In this document: in pieces, positions 48,276 through 58,530 of the stretch
Numbering within the stretch: position 1 is the first letter of the stretch
Layout: every line of letters starts with the position of its first letter
From: an uncultured beta proteobacterium
GTDB lineage: Bacteria > Pseudomonadota > Gammaproteobacteria > Burkholderiales > SG8-39
Assembly: GCA_963754305.1 (NCBI GenBank)
Contig: CAVWFR010000011.1
Span: 194,505-258,504 of the forward strand
Direction: 5' to 3'
DNA length: 64,000 bases
Notes under the pieces: generated by a model
Databases searched by the model: none
Seen by the model: only the letters and a program-made list of their open reading frames with translations
What the model was told of the DNA's origin: nothing
Program-made: the position numbers and the translations under genes

Positions 48276-48322
48276 CCCCGATATCTTGGGGTGGGCTCCC
48301 CTCGGAACACTACATGCAGTGC
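48276..48322. promoter_or_regulatory. Tandem NrdR boxes
   Basis: CCCCGATATCTTGGGG (48276) and ACACTACATGCAGTGC (48307), 31 bp apart, upstream of nrdJ; match acaCwAtATaTwGtgt. Confidence 0.8.
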
Positions 48323-48512
48323 CTGGAAATGATTCAATAACGCCGTGACGCTTGCGCGGCGGAAGTTCAAGGAGTACGTTAAGAACCGTTCCCAACGTGC
48401 TTGAAAAGGCTCACTGCATGACTCGCTGGTGCCCTGGCGCTCCAAACCGGCGTATTCTCGGCCCCTTTCGCAACGCCTTTGACACGCCCCGACTGGATGA
48501 CTGAGAGCGAGA

Positions 48513-51467
48513 ATGCAACCCGTTGAATCCACTAAACAACTAGACAAAGCCAAGCAGGCGGCGCTACCCGAGCAGGAGATCTCGGGCGAGGTGCTGGTGG
48601 AGAAGTACGCCAAAGGACAGGAGCGCACCGTCGAGGACGTCCGCCGACGCGTCGCGCGCGCCCTCGCGATGGTCGAGGCGGAGGACAAGCGCGCGCTTTG
48701 GGAAGCGCGGTTCTATGACGCGCAGGACGGCGGTTTCATCGCCGCCGGCCGCATAAACTCCGCCGCTGGCACGACGCTCACCGCGACGCTCATCAACTGC
48801 TTCGTGCAGCCCGTCGGCGACTCGATCACCGAGATCGTCGACGGGAAGCCCGGCATCTACACCGCGCTCGCCGAGGCGGCCGAGACGATGCGCCGCGGCG
48901 GCGGCGTCGGCTACGACTTCTCGTCGATCCGGCCGCAGGGCGCGCTCGTGCGCGGCACGATGTCGCGCGCGAGCGGCCCGGTGTCGTACATGCGCGTCTT
49001 CGACCGCTCGTGCGAGACGGTCGAGTCGGCCGGCTCGCGCCGGGGCGCGCAGATGGGCGTCCTCCGCTGCGATCACCCCGACGTCGAGAATTTCATCCAC
49101 GCCAAGGACCAGGGCGAGCTCACGAACTTCAATATCTCGGTCGGCGTCACCGATGAGTTCATGCGTGCGGTCGAGAGCGACGGCGACTTCGAGCTCGTCC
49201 ACCGTGCCGAGCCGTCGCGTGATACGAAGGACGCCGGCGCCTACCAGCGCGCCGACGGTCAGTGGGTTTACCGCAAGGTCCGCGCACGCGACCTGTGGGA
49301 ACAGGTGATGCGCTCGACCTACGACCACGCCGAGCCGGGCGTCCTGTTCCTCGACCGTGTCAACAAGGACAACAACCTCTACTACTGCGAGACGATCGAG
49401 GCGTCGAATCCCTGCGCCGAGGAGATGCTGCCCGCCTACGGCTGCTGCTGCCTCGGCTCGATCGACCTCACCCAGTACGTGAAGCAGCCCTTCGCCGAGA
49501 AGGCGGAGTTCGATTTCGCGGCCTTCGGCCGGGTCGTCGAGGTCGCGGTGCGAATGCTCGACAACGTGCTCGACGCGACGCCCTGGCCGCTCAAGCAGCA
49601 GCACGACGAGGCGATGGCGAAGCGCCGCGTCGGCCTCGGCTACACCGGCCTCGGCGACGCGCTGATCATGCTGCGGCTGCGGTACGACACCGCGGAGGCA
49701 CGCGCGATGGGGACGAAGATTTCGGAAGCAATGCGCGACCGTGCCTACCTCGCTTCGATCGAGCTCGCGCGCGAGCGCGGCGCGTTCCCGCTCTTCAACG
49801 CCGATCTCTATCTGTCCGGCGGCAACTTCGCCTCGCGCCTGCCGGCGGAGATCAAGCAGAAGATCCGGAGCCACGGCATCCGCAACTCGCATCTGCTCGC
49901 GATCGCGCCGACCGGGACGATCAGCCTCGCGTTCGCCGACAACGCCTCGAACGGCATCGAGCCGCCGTTCTCGTGGACCTACTCGCGCCGCAAGCGCATG
50001 CCCGACGGCACCTGGAAGGAGTACCAGGTCGAGGATCACGCGTGGCGGCTCTACCGCCATCTCGGCGGCGACGTCCGGACCCTTCCGCCCTACTTCACGA
50101 CCGCGCTCGAGATCTCGGCGCAGGCGCACAAGGACATGGTGGCGGCAGTCGCTCCGCTCATCGATACGAGCATCTCGAAGACGGTGAACGTTCCCGAGGA
50201 CTATCCGTACGCCGACTTCGAGGACCTGTACTTGAGCGCGTGGCGCGCGGGCTTGAAGGGGCTCGCGACCTACCGCCCGAACAAGGTGCTCGGCGCGGTG
50301 CTGTCGGTCGAGTCGCAGCAGAAGACCGACGCCCCGAAGAGCGGGCCGCAGGGCGACGCGATCTCGGAAGCGAACCGGCGTCTGTCGATCAAGAACCTGC
50401 CCGCGCCGGTGCTGGCCTCGCTCGCGTGGCCGAACCGGCCGACATTCCCGTCGGGGAACCTCGCGTGGACCTACATGGTCGCGCACCCGGGCGGCGAGTT
50501 CGCGCTGTTCGTCGGGCACGTCGAAGACGAGGACGGGGGAGGGGCCGCGGGCGTAACCTCCGGGCGCCGTGCGTTCCCGTTCGAGGTTTGGGTGAACGGC
50601 GCCGAACAGCCCCGCGGCCTTGGCGCGGTGGCGAAAACGCTGTCGATGGACATGCGCGCGAAGGATCGCGCCTGGCTCGCGCTCAAGCTCGACGTGCTCT
50701 CGAAGACGCCGGGCGATCACTCGTTCGAGCTGCCGTTCCCGCCGCACGGCGAGCGCAAGCTCGTGCCCAGCGTCGCCGCGGGCGTCGCCCAGGTGATCCG
50801 CTGGCGCTGCGACCAGCTCGGCGCACTCGACGAGAAGAGCCCCGATCTCCTCTCGCCCGAGGGCCGTCCGCATCCGGTGCTCGATGCGATGTTCGCCGTC
50901 GAGGAGCCGCGCACCGGCACCGACGGCACGCTCTCGTGGACGGTCGACATCCGCAACCCGGCCTCGGGGGAGGATTTCGTCGTCGGTTTGAAAGAAATCA
51001 CGCTGCCTCTCAACGACGGGTACTCCGTGGGCGTGACGCGGCCCTACGCCATGTTCCTCGCCGGCCATTATCCGCGCGCGCTCGATGGGCTCGCGCGGAT
51101 CCTTTCTCTCGACATGCGCGTGCTCGATCCGGCGTGGATCGGGATGAAGCTGCGGAAGCTCGTCAACTACTCGGAGCCGCTCGGCGACTTCATGGCCTTC
51201 GTTCCGGGCGAGCGCCGCCAGCAGACCTGGCCGTCGACAGTCGCGTATCTCGCGCGGCTCCTGATCCACCGCTACGCGATGCTAGGCGTGCTCGACGAGA
51301 ACGGGGTGCCGACGCGCGAGATGGGCATCCTCGAGGCCCCGCGCGACGATCGTTCCCCGAAAGTCATGCAGGGCGCGCTCTGCAACGAGTGCGGGAACCA
51401 CACCGTGATCCGGAAGGACGGGTGCGACTTCTGCACCGCGTGCGGCGCGGTCGGATCGTGCGGCTGA
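48513..51467 (+). CDS. nrdJ: Adenosylcobalamin-dependent (class II) ribonucleotide reductase with C-terminal extension and Zn ribbon
   Basis: INCFV, GGGVGY, RRGAQM, NPCAE, CCLGS, APTGT, SISKT; terminal CNEC..C..C.AC..CG. Confidence 0.96.
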   Translation: MQPVESTKQLDKAKQAALPEQEISGEVLVEKYAKGQERTVEDVRRRVARALAMVEAEDKRALWEARFYDAQDGGFIAAGRINSAAGTTLTATLINCFVQPVGDSITEIVDGKPGIYTALAEAAETMRRGGGVGYDFSSIRPQGALVRGTMSRASGPVSYMRVFDRSCETVESAGSRRGAQMGVLRCDHPDVENFIHAKDQGELTNFNISVGVTDEFMRAVESDGDFELVHRAEPSRDTKDAGAYQRADGQWVYRKVRARDLWEQVMRSTYDHAEPGVLFLDRVNKDNNLYYCETIEASNPCAEEMLPAYGCCCLGSIDLTQYVKQPFAEKAEFDFAAFGRVVEVAVRMLDNVLDATPWPLKQQHDEAMAKRRVGLGYTGLGDALIMLRLRYDTAEARAMGTKISEAMRDRAYLASIELARERGAFPLFNADLYLSGGNFASRLPAEIKQKIRSHGIRNSHLLAIAPTGTISLAFADNASNGIEPPFSWTYSRRKRMPDGTWKEYQVEDHAWRLYRHLGGDVRTLPPYFTTALEISAQAHKDMVAAVAPLIDTSISKTVNVPEDYPYADFEDLYLSAWRAGLKGLATYRPNKVLGAVLSVESQQKTDAPKSGPQGDAISEANRRLSIKNLPAPVLASLAWPNRPTFPSGNLAWTYMVAHPGGEFALFVGHVEDEDGGGAAGVTSGRRAFPFEVWVNGAEQPRGLGAVAKTLSMDMRAKDRAWLALKLDVLSKTPGDHSFELPFPPHGERKLVPSVAAGVAQVIRWRCDQLGALDEKSPDLLSPEGRPHPVLDAMFAVEEPRTGTDGTLSWTVDIRNPASGEDFVVGLKEITLPLNDGYSVGVTRPYAMFLAGHYPRALDGLARILSLDMRVLDPAWIGMKLRKLVNYSEPLGDFMAFVPGERRQQTWPSTVAYLARLLIHRYAMLGVLDENGVPTREMGILEAPRDDRSPKVMQGALCNECGNHTVIRKDGCDFCTACGAVGSCG

Positions 51468-51707
51468 GCCCTCCGAAGCGACGCTCTTCTCGAGCAAGGC
51501 TCGGGCCGGCGGCCGGCTTGCGACACCGGCCAGTCGACTGTCGTTGTCGTTGACACGCGGGCGGGTGGGTTCGTCCCGTCCGCTTGCCTCAGACGCTGGC
51601 GCTGCGCGAACCCTCTGACGCGTCAGGGGAACGTGGCGCAATGTGGTCTCCCGGCACGGTCCGTGCTGACGGTTTCAACGACCGCCTTCTCGGAGTCGAC
51701 CGTAAAG

Positions 51708-52025
51708 ATGTCCGACAAGATCAGCCTCCGACAGATCTTGGACCTGAGCGTTCCGGTGGTCCTGCTCGTCGTCGCGAGCGGGGGGCTGGTCTACGCAATC
51801 AAGATCGCCGCGACGCTCCGGGATCTCCGCGCCCTCGAGCCGGTCACCCTCGCTACGGATCCGGAAACCTGGCGCTGCCCCCACGCGACGCATTTCCCGG
51901 GGTCGAGCCTCGTGCGTGATGGCGAGCCTGGGCTCAACACCTCCGGCGCGTTGCGGCTCCCGGACGCCCCGCCGGATCGGGTAGCGAGCTGCCTGCCGCA
52001 TACTCCGCAAGTGCGCGCCGAGTAG
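51708..52025 (+). CDS. Hypothetical single-TM protein
   Basis: GGAG upstream; hydrophobic LSVPVVLLVVASGGLVYAI. Confidence 0.45.
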   Translation: MSDKISLRQILDLSVPVVLLVVASGGLVYAIKIAATLRDLRALEPVTLATDPETWRCPHATHFPGSSLVRDGEPGLNTSGALRLPDAPPDRVASCLPHTPQVRAE

Positions 52026-52210
52026 CGCTGGCACGCGCGCCGGGGCCACTGACTTTCTCACTCGCGCCCCTACCGCCGGCCCCCAATTGTGTTGGTCGGT
52101 GACACACCGAGTGCGATCAACCCGGTCCGCGCTTCGGCTTTGAGCTTCCGCTCCGCGACTGCCGGGCAGCGCGATCGCGCCCCCGACGGTCGGATGTTCG
52201 GGGACCGGGG

Positions 52211-55200
52211 TTAGCGACCGGCTTCGCGCTCCCGGGGCAGATGCGCGCGCAGAAGCGCGAGCAGTTGCGCCGGCTCGATCGGCTTCTGCAGCACCGCCCG
52301 CACACCCGCCGCCTCGACCTGTGCATCGTTGACGCCGTCGGCGTAGCCGGTGTAGAGAATCACCGGCAGCCGCGGCCGGATGGCGACGAGCTCGCGCGCG
52401 AGCTCGAGCCCAGTCATTCGCGGCATCGTCTGATCGGTGATCACCAGGTCGTAGCGATCGGACTCTTCGGCGAAGACGAGCCGCGCGTCGGGCGCGGCGC
52501 GCTTCGCGGTGACCTCGAGGCCCCAGCCTTCGAGCAGCTCGCGCATGAACCCGACCACCATCTCCTCGTCGTCGACGAGCAGCACGCGGCCGCGGAGCCG
52601 CGCCTTGCGCGCAGCGGGCGAGTAGCCGGGCAGGGTCTCGTGCTCGATCGCGTCGTCGTCGGCGCGCAGCACCGGGAACAGGGCGCGAAAGGCCGCGCCC
52701 CGCCCGAGCCCGGTTTCCACGATGAGGTGCCCGCCGTGCTCGTGAACGATGCCGTGGACGGTGGCGAGTCCCATCCCGCTGCCCTTCCCGACCTCCTTGG
52801 TGGAGAAGAACGGCTCGAACATCCGCTCGAGCACCTCCGGCGCGATGCCCGGACCGTCGTCGGCCACCGCGAGCTCGACGAACTCGCCGGCGATCCGCTG
52901 GCGGCAGCTCGCGCACGTCGCCCCGTGCGCGCCCGCGGACCGCCCGACGCGGACCCGCACCTTCCCCTGCCCGCCGAGCGCGTCGCGCGCGTTGATGCAA
53001 AGGTTGAGCAGCACCTGCTCCGCCTGCACGCGATCGAGCGCAGCGAGCGGGACCTCCCCATCGGCGACCGTCTCGAGCTCGAGGGTCGCGGGCATCGAGG
53101 AGCGCAGGAGCCGCGCCGATTCGGCCGCGACCCGCCGCAGGTCGACGGGCCGTCGCTCGCCGCGCTGCCCGCGGCTGAACGTCAGCATCTGCTGGATGAG
53201 GTCGCGCGCCCGGCGGCTCGAGAGCATCGCCTGCTCGAGATAGCTCCCGACCTTGCGATCCTCCCGTGCGGCGTCGCGCTCCGCCGCCAGCGCGACGTAG
53301 CCCATGATGCTGGTGAGAATGTTGTTGAAGTCGTGCGCGATCCCGCCGGTGAGCTGTCCGATCGCCTCCATCTTCTGCGCCTGCCGGAGCTGTGACTCGA
53401 GCGCGAGCCGCTCGGCCTCCGCACGCTTCCGCGCCGTGATGTCGCGGCCGATGTAGAGCACATGCGGCCGGCCCTGGTGGTCGATCGGCACGCCGCGGAG
53501 CTCGATATCGGTCCGCGCACCGTCCTTGCGCAGGCCCTCTGTTTCGAGGTGGATCGCCTCCCCGGCGAGCGCCCTCCGGTGCAGGGCGATCAGCTGCCCG
53601 TTCACCCGCTCCGGATGCGCGACGACCCGGTCCGCACCCAGCACCTCGTCGCGCGTGAAGCCGCTCATCGCCTCGTAGGCCGGGTTCACGTCCACGATCC
53701 GGAAATCGGCATCGCGCAGGACCAGCGCGTCCGCCGTGGCGTTGAAGATCGCGCGGTACTGCGCGGCGCTCGCGCGCAGCGCCTCGTCCGCGAGTCGCCG
53801 CGCGGTGATCTCGCGCGCCATCGCGAGCACGTGCGGCCGGCCGCGGTACTGGATCGGCACGCAGCGCACCTCGACGTCGAAGCGCGTCCCGTCCTTGCGC
53901 ACGCCGACGGTCTCGAACTGGATCGGCTCGCCGGCGATGATGCGGCGGTGGAACTCGCTTCCCTGGCCGTGCAGCTCCGGCGGGATGAACGCCCAGCGCT
54001 GCGTCCCCACCAGCTCCTCGCGCGCGTGCCCGGTCATCGCCAGCAGCGCCGGGTTCACGTCCACGATGCAGTTGTCGGCGTCCCGCAGCACCAGACCGTC
54101 GGCGGTGGCGTTGAACACCGCGCGGTACTGCTCCTCGCTCGCGCGCAGCGCCTCGTCGGCGAGCTTGCGCTCCGTGATGTCGCGGGTGAACGCGAGGATC
54201 CGCGGCTCGCCGGCGATCGTGGCGCGCTTGAGCGTCACCTCGTGCCACATCAGGCCGCCGTCCCGGTGCTGGGCGTGCCACTCGAACCGGACCGGTGCGG
54301 CGCGCACCTTCGCCTGCTGGATGTGGCGCGCGAGCTCCGCCAGCGCGTATGCCGGCTCGTTCGCGCTCACGTCGGCCACCGTGAGCCGCCGCATCTCCTC
54401 GCGCGAGTACCCGTAGACCTCGGCCGCCTTCGGGCTCACGTCGAGGATCGCGCCGGTGTCCCAGTCGTGCACGAAGATCGGATCCTCGCTCGCCTCGAAG
54501 ATCGACCGGTAGCTCGATTCCGAGTGCCTGAGCGCCTGCTCGGCGCGCGCGCGTTCGAGCTCCGCCGCCGCGCGCCCCGCGAAGATCTTGAGCAGCGACT
54601 CCGCGAGCTCGCGATCGACCATCGCGCCGCGATCGAGCGCGGCGATCAGACCGAGCTGGACGCCCGCGGCGTCGCTCAGCGCGTAGGCGGCGTAGCTGTC
54701 GAAGCCGAGCGCCTCGAACATCGTCCCCGGCGCGAACTCGGGCCGCACGCCCTGCCCGACGAACCGGAACTCGCGGCCGACGACGCCCGCGCAGGGCGTC
54801 CTCGACAGCTCGTAGTCGAATCGCCTCAGGATCCGTCCATCGAGACAGGTCGCGAGCGTTCGCATGCGCGAGCGGCCTTCGTCGGCGAACACCGCGATCA
54901 TCACCGCGTCGACGCCAAGCGCTTCGGCGAGCGCGCGCGCGAGCTCCTCGAAGACCCGATCGCCGCCCGCGATCGACAACGCGACCGCGGCCTGGTGCAG
55001 GGCTTCCGCAAAGCGCTTGCGCTCGGTGATATCGATCGAGATACCGCAGACGGCGTAGGGCCGGCCGTCGGGGCCGAGCAGCGGAAACTTGTTCGCGAGC
55101 ATGGTGCGCCGCTCGCCGCGGATGACGTTCGTCTCCTCGACCTCCAGCGCGCGGCCGGTCTCGATCACGCGCCGATCGTTCGCGCGTAACCGCTCCGCCA

Positions 55201-55417
55201 CCCCGGGTGGGGCGATGTCGGCGGTGGTGCGGCCGATGATCTCGTGCTGCGGCCGCCCGACGTGCTGCTCGAACGCGCGGTTGACGAACAGATACCGGCC
55301 TTCCAGGTCCTTGGCGAACACGCGCACCGTCGTGCTGTTGTCCAGGATCTGGCGCAGCGTGATCTCGGTCTCGCCCAGCCACGCGAGATCACCCTCGAGC
55401 TTCGAGAGATCGGTCAT
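52211..55417 (-). CDS. Cytoplasmic hybrid sensor kinase PAS-GAF-PAS-PAS-PAS-HisKA-HATPase-REC
   Basis: DITERK PAS ends, AHDFNN H-box, NLCINARDA, DDGPG, FFSTK..G.GMGL, VDDE..TDQTMP..KP. Confidence 0.95.
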   Translation of the reverse strand: MTDLSKLEGDLAWLGETEITLRQILDNSTTVRVFAKDLEGRYLFVNRAFEQHVGRPQHEIIGRTTADIAPPGVAERLRANDRRVIETGRALEVEETNVIRGERRTMLANKFPLLGPDGRPYAVCGISIDITERKRFAEALHQAAVALSIAGGDRVFEELARALAEALGVDAVMIAVFADEGRSRMRTLATCLDGRILRRFDYELSRTPCAGVVGREFRFVGQGVRPEFAPGTMFEALGFDSYAAYALSDAAGVQLGLIAALDRGAMVDRELAESLLKIFAGRAAAELERARAEQALRHSESSYRSIFEASEDPIFVHDWDTGAILDVSPKAAEVYGYSREEMRRLTVADVSANEPAYALAELARHIQQAKVRAAPVRFEWHAQHRDGGLMWHEVTLKRATIAGEPRILAFTRDITERKLADEALRASEEQYRAVFNATADGLVLRDADNCIVDVNPALLAMTGHAREELVGTQRWAFIPPELHGQGSEFHRRIIAGEPIQFETVGVRKDGTRFDVEVRCVPIQYRGRPHVLAMAREITARRLADEALRASAAQYRAIFNATADALVLRDADFRIVDVNPAYEAMSGFTRDEVLGADRVVAHPERVNGQLIALHRRALAGEAIHLETEGLRKDGARTDIELRGVPIDHQGRPHVLYIGRDITARKRAEAERLALESQLRQAQKMEAIGQLTGGIAHDFNNILTSIMGYVALAAERDAAREDRKVGSYLEQAMLSSRRARDLIQQMLTFSRGQRGERRPVDLRRVAAESARLLRSSMPATLELETVADGEVPLAALDRVQAEQVLLNLCINARDALGGQGKVRVRVGRSAGAHGATCASCRQRIAGEFVELAVADDGPGIAPEVLERMFEPFFSTKEVGKGSGMGLATVHGIVHEHGGHLIVETGLGRGAAFRALFPVLRADDDAIEHETLPGYSPAARKARLRGRVLLVDDEEMVVGFMRELLEGWGLEVTAKRAAPDARLVFAEESDRYDLVITDQTMPRMTGLELARELVAIRPRLPVILYTGYADGVNDAQVEAAGVRAVLQKPIEPAQLLALLRAHLPREREAGR

Positions 55418-55458
55418 GGCGCGAAGTGTACCGCCCGTGCGGGCGCACCGGACGCGGT

Positions 55459-55495
55459 GTTACCCAGTGGCAACCATTGAAACGGTCGGGTTACA
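55459..55495. promoter_or_regulatory. Possible OmpR-type direct-repeat array between regulator and kinase
   Basis: GTTAC/GCAAC/GAAAC/GTTAC at 9-11 bp spacing. Confidence 0.35.
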
Positions 55496-55503
55496 AACCG
55501 GCG

Positions 55504-56235
55504 CTAGGGGGGCGGCACGAACATGTATCCCGCCCCCCGCATGGTGCGGATCACCTTCGGGTTCTCGGGGTCGTCCTCGATCTTGCGGCGCAGGCGCGCG
55601 ATGCGGATGTCGATCGAGCGGTCGAACGGCTCCCACTCGCGATTGCGGGTGAGCGTCAGCAGGCGGTCCCGCGACAGCACCTGGTGCGGGTGGTCGGCGA
55701 ATACCTTGAGCAGCTCGAACTCCATCGTCGTCAGCGCGACCTCGGCGCCGTCGCGCTCGAAGAGCCGGTGCGATTTCAGGTCGAGCAGGCAGCGGCCGAC
55801 TGGGATGCGGCGCTCGGGCGCACCGGCCGGCGCCGGCTCGGGCGCGGCCGGCGCAACGCGGGCCTGCACGCGCCGCATCACGCTCTTGAGCCGCGCGCGC
55901 AACTCGCGGGGCTCGAACGGCTTCGCGACGTAGTCGTCGGCACCCATCTCGAGGCCGATGATACGGTCCACCACTTCGCCCGCGCCGGTGACCATGATGA
56001 TGCCGAGGTCGTAGCGCTCGCGGAGGTAGCGCGCGAGCGCGAGCCCGTCCTCGCCCGGCAGCCCGACGTCGAGGAGCACCACATCGGGCACCTCGCGCTC
56101 GAGCGCGGTGCGCATCGCGACCCCGCCGTCGGCCTGCGCGACCTCGTAGCCGTGCGTCGACAGGTACTCGACCAGCATGTCGCGCACGTTGCGATCGTCG
56201 TCGACGATCAACACTTTCCCTGCGGTCATCCCCAT
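55504..56235 (-). CDS. OmpR-family response regulator
   Basis: VDDD, LLD..LPGEDG, GADDYVAKPF, winged helix DRSIDIRIARLRRKIE, RGAGY. Confidence 0.96.
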   Translation of the reverse strand: MGMTAGKVLIVDDDRNVRDMLVEYLSTHGYEVAQADGGVAMRTALEREVPDVVLLDVGLPGEDGLALARYLRERYDLGIIMVTGAGEVVDRIIGLEMGADDYVAKPFEPRELRARLKSVMRRVQARVAPAAPEPAPAGAPERRIPVGRCLLDLKSHRLFERDGAEVALTTMEFELLKVFADHPHQVLSRDRLLTLTRNREWEPFDRSIDIRIARLRRKIEDDPENPKVIRTMRGAGYMFVPPP

Positions 56236-56270
56236 CCGGCTTCCCGAGTTCCGCGCCGATTCTAGCTCCG

Positions 56271-56296
56271 GTTACACACCGATACGAAATGTTTCC
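56271..56296. promoter_or_regulatory. Possible OmpR-type direct repeats in the divergent promoter
   Basis: GTTAC(56271)-GATAC(56281)-GTTTC(56291), exact 10-bp period. Confidence 0.45.
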
Positions 56297-56379
56297 GGAC
56301 CGACATCGGGCGAATACCGCGGGTGCGTAGTCTGCGCAGCCATCGAGTCTCGCAATCAACCGATCGAGAGGAGCGCGAA

Positions 56380-56598
56380 ATGAACGTCCGCAGCATCTTG
56401 ATGCACATCGCCATCGGCGCGGCCCTCGTCCATGCCGCGGCAAACGCGTCGCGCGCCGCGGAGCCCCGGGCGTGCACCGTCTGCCCGGTCGAGCAGCCCG
56501 CCTGCCCCGAGACCTATGTCGTCTATCCCGAGGCGAGCCATGTCCAGTATCCGGCCGGCCGTTGCGTCTTCGGCGACATCCGCCCGTTCGCCGAGTAG
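56380..56598 (+). CDS. Small secreted Cys-containing protein
   Basis: GAGGAG RBS; signal peptide; CTVC, two further Cys. Confidence 0.6.
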   Translation: MNVRSILMHIAIGAALVHAAANASRAAEPRACTVCPVEQPACPETYVVYPEASHVQYPAGRCVFGDIRPFAE

Positions 56599-56613
56599 CC
56601 GGGAGAGAACGCC

Positions 56614-56799
56614 ATGGCCAGGAACCTCGACGAAGCGTTCTTGCTTGCACCCGAGACCGCGGTGCCCTCTCACGACGCCTTCGCGGACGACGCGTACGGG
56701 GAGCCGGACGACGCCGCCTTCGAGAGCGTCGCCGGGCTCTACGACCACGACGCCGAAGGCGAGGTCCGGCAGATCCTCGGCCGCGTCTTGGGCGGCTGA
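56614..56799 (+). CDS. Small acidic hypothetical protein
   Basis: GGAGA RBS; 61 aa; operon spacing. Confidence 0.55.
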   Translation: MARNLDEAFLLAPETAVPSHDAFADDAYGEPDDAAFESVAGLYDHDAEGEVRQILGRVLGG

Positions 56800-56829
56800 C
56801 GCGCATCCACGAACTCGAGGAAACCTCTG

Positions 56830-57393
56830 ATGATCACTCGCAACGCCGACGTCCGGACAGCGCAGGCGACGCTCCGGTCGCTCTACCAGCTCGCGCCCAA
56901 GGCCGCGCTCGTCGCCAGCCACGCCACCACGGTGGACCGCGATCCCGCCGACCCGTTCCGCGCCACCGTCTTCATCGGCTCTGGCGACGCCGACGTCGTT
57001 CCGGTCGCCGCCGAGCGCGCGGTGGGCGGACCGAACGGGGCGCCCGCCGCCGGCGATCTGCTCTGCGGGGCGCTGGCCGCGTCGCAGGATTCGACCATCC
57101 GGATCGCCGCCAACCTGTGCGGCGTGGGCATCGTCGCCCTCAGCGTCGACGTGCGCGGCTGGGTCGACGTGCGCGGCACGATGGGCGTGGACCCCAAAGC
57201 GCCGGTCGGCTTCCAGACGCTGGAATCCGTGATTCGACTCCAAGTCGCCGACGGCGCTGACCGGGACGCGGTGCGCCGCATGCTGATCGAGGCGGAGAGC
57301 CGCTCGGTCGTGCTCGCGACGCTGCGCCGCGCCGTCCCCGTCCACATCCGGGTCGAGGAGCCGGCGGCCGCGCCGTCGGCGCTCGCGGCGTGA
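56830..57393 (+). CDS. OsmC/Ohr-like protein lacking the canonical cysteines
   Basis: AVGG..GDLLCGALAAS, DVRGTMGVD..APVGFQ, AESRSVVLATL. Confidence 0.8.
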   Translation: MITRNADVRTAQATLRSLYQLAPKAALVASHATTVDRDPADPFRATVFIGSGDADVVPVAAERAVGGPNGAPAAGDLLCGALAASQDSTIRIAANLCGVGIVALSVDVRGWVDVRGTMGVDPKAPVGFQTLESVIRLQVADGADRDAVRRMLIEAESRSVVLATLRRAVPVHIRVEEPAAAPSALAA

Positions 57394-57525
57394 AGGCGCG
57401 ATCCGCCATGAACGCCAGACGAATCCGCCTCGTCCGCGGCGGCCTCCCGATGATCGAAAGCTCGAGGCGCGCGCCCCCGCGCGTGCCGCCGCGCCCCTTT
57501 TAACACTCACCTTCAGGAGTACATC

Positions 57526-57726
57526 ATGATCACCAGACACCCGTTCGGCGTGCGACACGGCATTAGCGGCCTCTCGCCCGCCGTGGTCGCGATCTTCGAA
57601 GCGCTCTGCGGCATTGCCGCTCCCGCCCCGGCGACCCCGCGACCCCCGGCCGCCGAGGAGAACGCCACCATGCTGATGCGGACCGAAACCGCCCGGGACG
57701 GTTCAGCGACGTCCTCGGCCGGATGA
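57526..57726 (+). CDS. Small hypothetical protein
   Basis: CAGGAG RBS 6 nt before ATG. Confidence 0.45.
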   Translation: MITRHPFGVRHGISGLSPAVVAIFEALCGIAAPAPATPRPPAAEENATMLMRTETARDGSATSSAG

Positions 57727-57836
57727 TCGACGCGGCGCGGGGCGAGCGCACCGGGGTCGCGTCGCACCCTCTGTCCGCCGTCCGGAGCGTCGGGCGCCTC
57801 GCCTACGAATTCTGACCCTCACCGGAGATCCGCGAC

Positions 57837-58091
57837 ATGGCAACCCGCATCGCCAACGTGCTCATGCACATCGCCGGCCCGATCGTCGGCGCCGAGATCC
57901 GCGAGATCGTGCGCGACCTCTCCCGCGTCGCCGGCGTCGCGCGCGTCCGACCCGGCGCGAAGCTGCCGAAACTGCTGCTCATCGACTACGACCCCGCGAT
58001 GATCGACGCCCAGTCGCTCGTCGCGCTCGCCCGGCGCCGCTGGACCGCCGCGCAGCTCCTCGGAATGCGACCGTCCCCAACTTTCGATTGA
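57837..58091 (+). CDS. HMA/ferredoxin-like fold small protein without CxxC
   Basis: GGAG RBS; ANVLMHI..L.RVAGV..V..LLLIDYDP. Confidence 0.65.
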   Translation: MATRIANVLMHIAGPIVGAEIREIVRDLSRVAGVARVRPGAKLPKLLLIDYDPAMIDAQSLVALARRRWTAAQLLGMRPSPTFD

Positions 58092-58107
58092 GGAGGAGAA
58101 CCCCGTC

Positions 58108-58386
58108 ATGCTGATGCCGATCGAAACCGCGCGCTATGCGAAGTGCATCGAGAATTCGAAGCGCATGCGCTTCGACATCGACCGCGACGTGATCCGCGGC
58201 CGCAAGCTCGATTTCGCCAAGAAGTTCCTGCCCGACGGCCTGTCGAGGGTCGACCGCCTGATATTCCTCAGCGCCGCCGAGCAGCGCCTGCTGAGCCAGG
58301 TCCAGGGTCGCAGCTACGCCAACATCTTCGGCCTGGTGGAGCGCTTCATCGCCGCCAAGGTCCTCGAGGTCAGCCGCGAGCAGTAG
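58108..58386 (+). pseudogene. N-terminal part of a ferritin-like (diiron oxygenase-type) protein, prematurely terminated
   Basis: GAGGAGG RBS; RYAKCIE.SKR.RFDIDRDVIRGR..FLPDGLS..YANIFGLVERFI then TAG before any ExxH ligand. Confidence 0.65.
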
Positions 58387-58401
58387 CCCGAGCGAAGCGA
58401 C

Positions 58402-58530
58402 ATGGCGTCACGCATCCACTCCATCGGCCGGCGGTATTGGCTCGCGATGGCCGGCCTGTCCGCGAGCGGGATCGCCGGCTGCCAGGCGGCCCCGCTCGCC
58501 GCCGCCGCGCGCTGGACCGTGCAGCCATGA
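58402..58530 (+). pseudogene. Tat-lipoprotein signal peptide relic (42 aa)
   Basis: MASRIHSIGRRYWLAMAGLSASGIAGC..; stop overlaps the GNAT start (ATGA). Confidence 0.45.

Noticed and set aside
48140-48512. Cobalamin riboswitch upstream of nrdJ (also checked before the MetE-like gene)
   Set aside because: No recognisable B12-box or conserved core; the region is explained by NrdR boxes and divergent promoters
48564-51269. 901-aa antisense ORF to nrdJ, and similar long shadow ORFs (814..2397, 42191..44422, 51675..55382, 53462..55189)
   Set aside because: Stop-poor shadow frames expected at ~70% GC; no motifs
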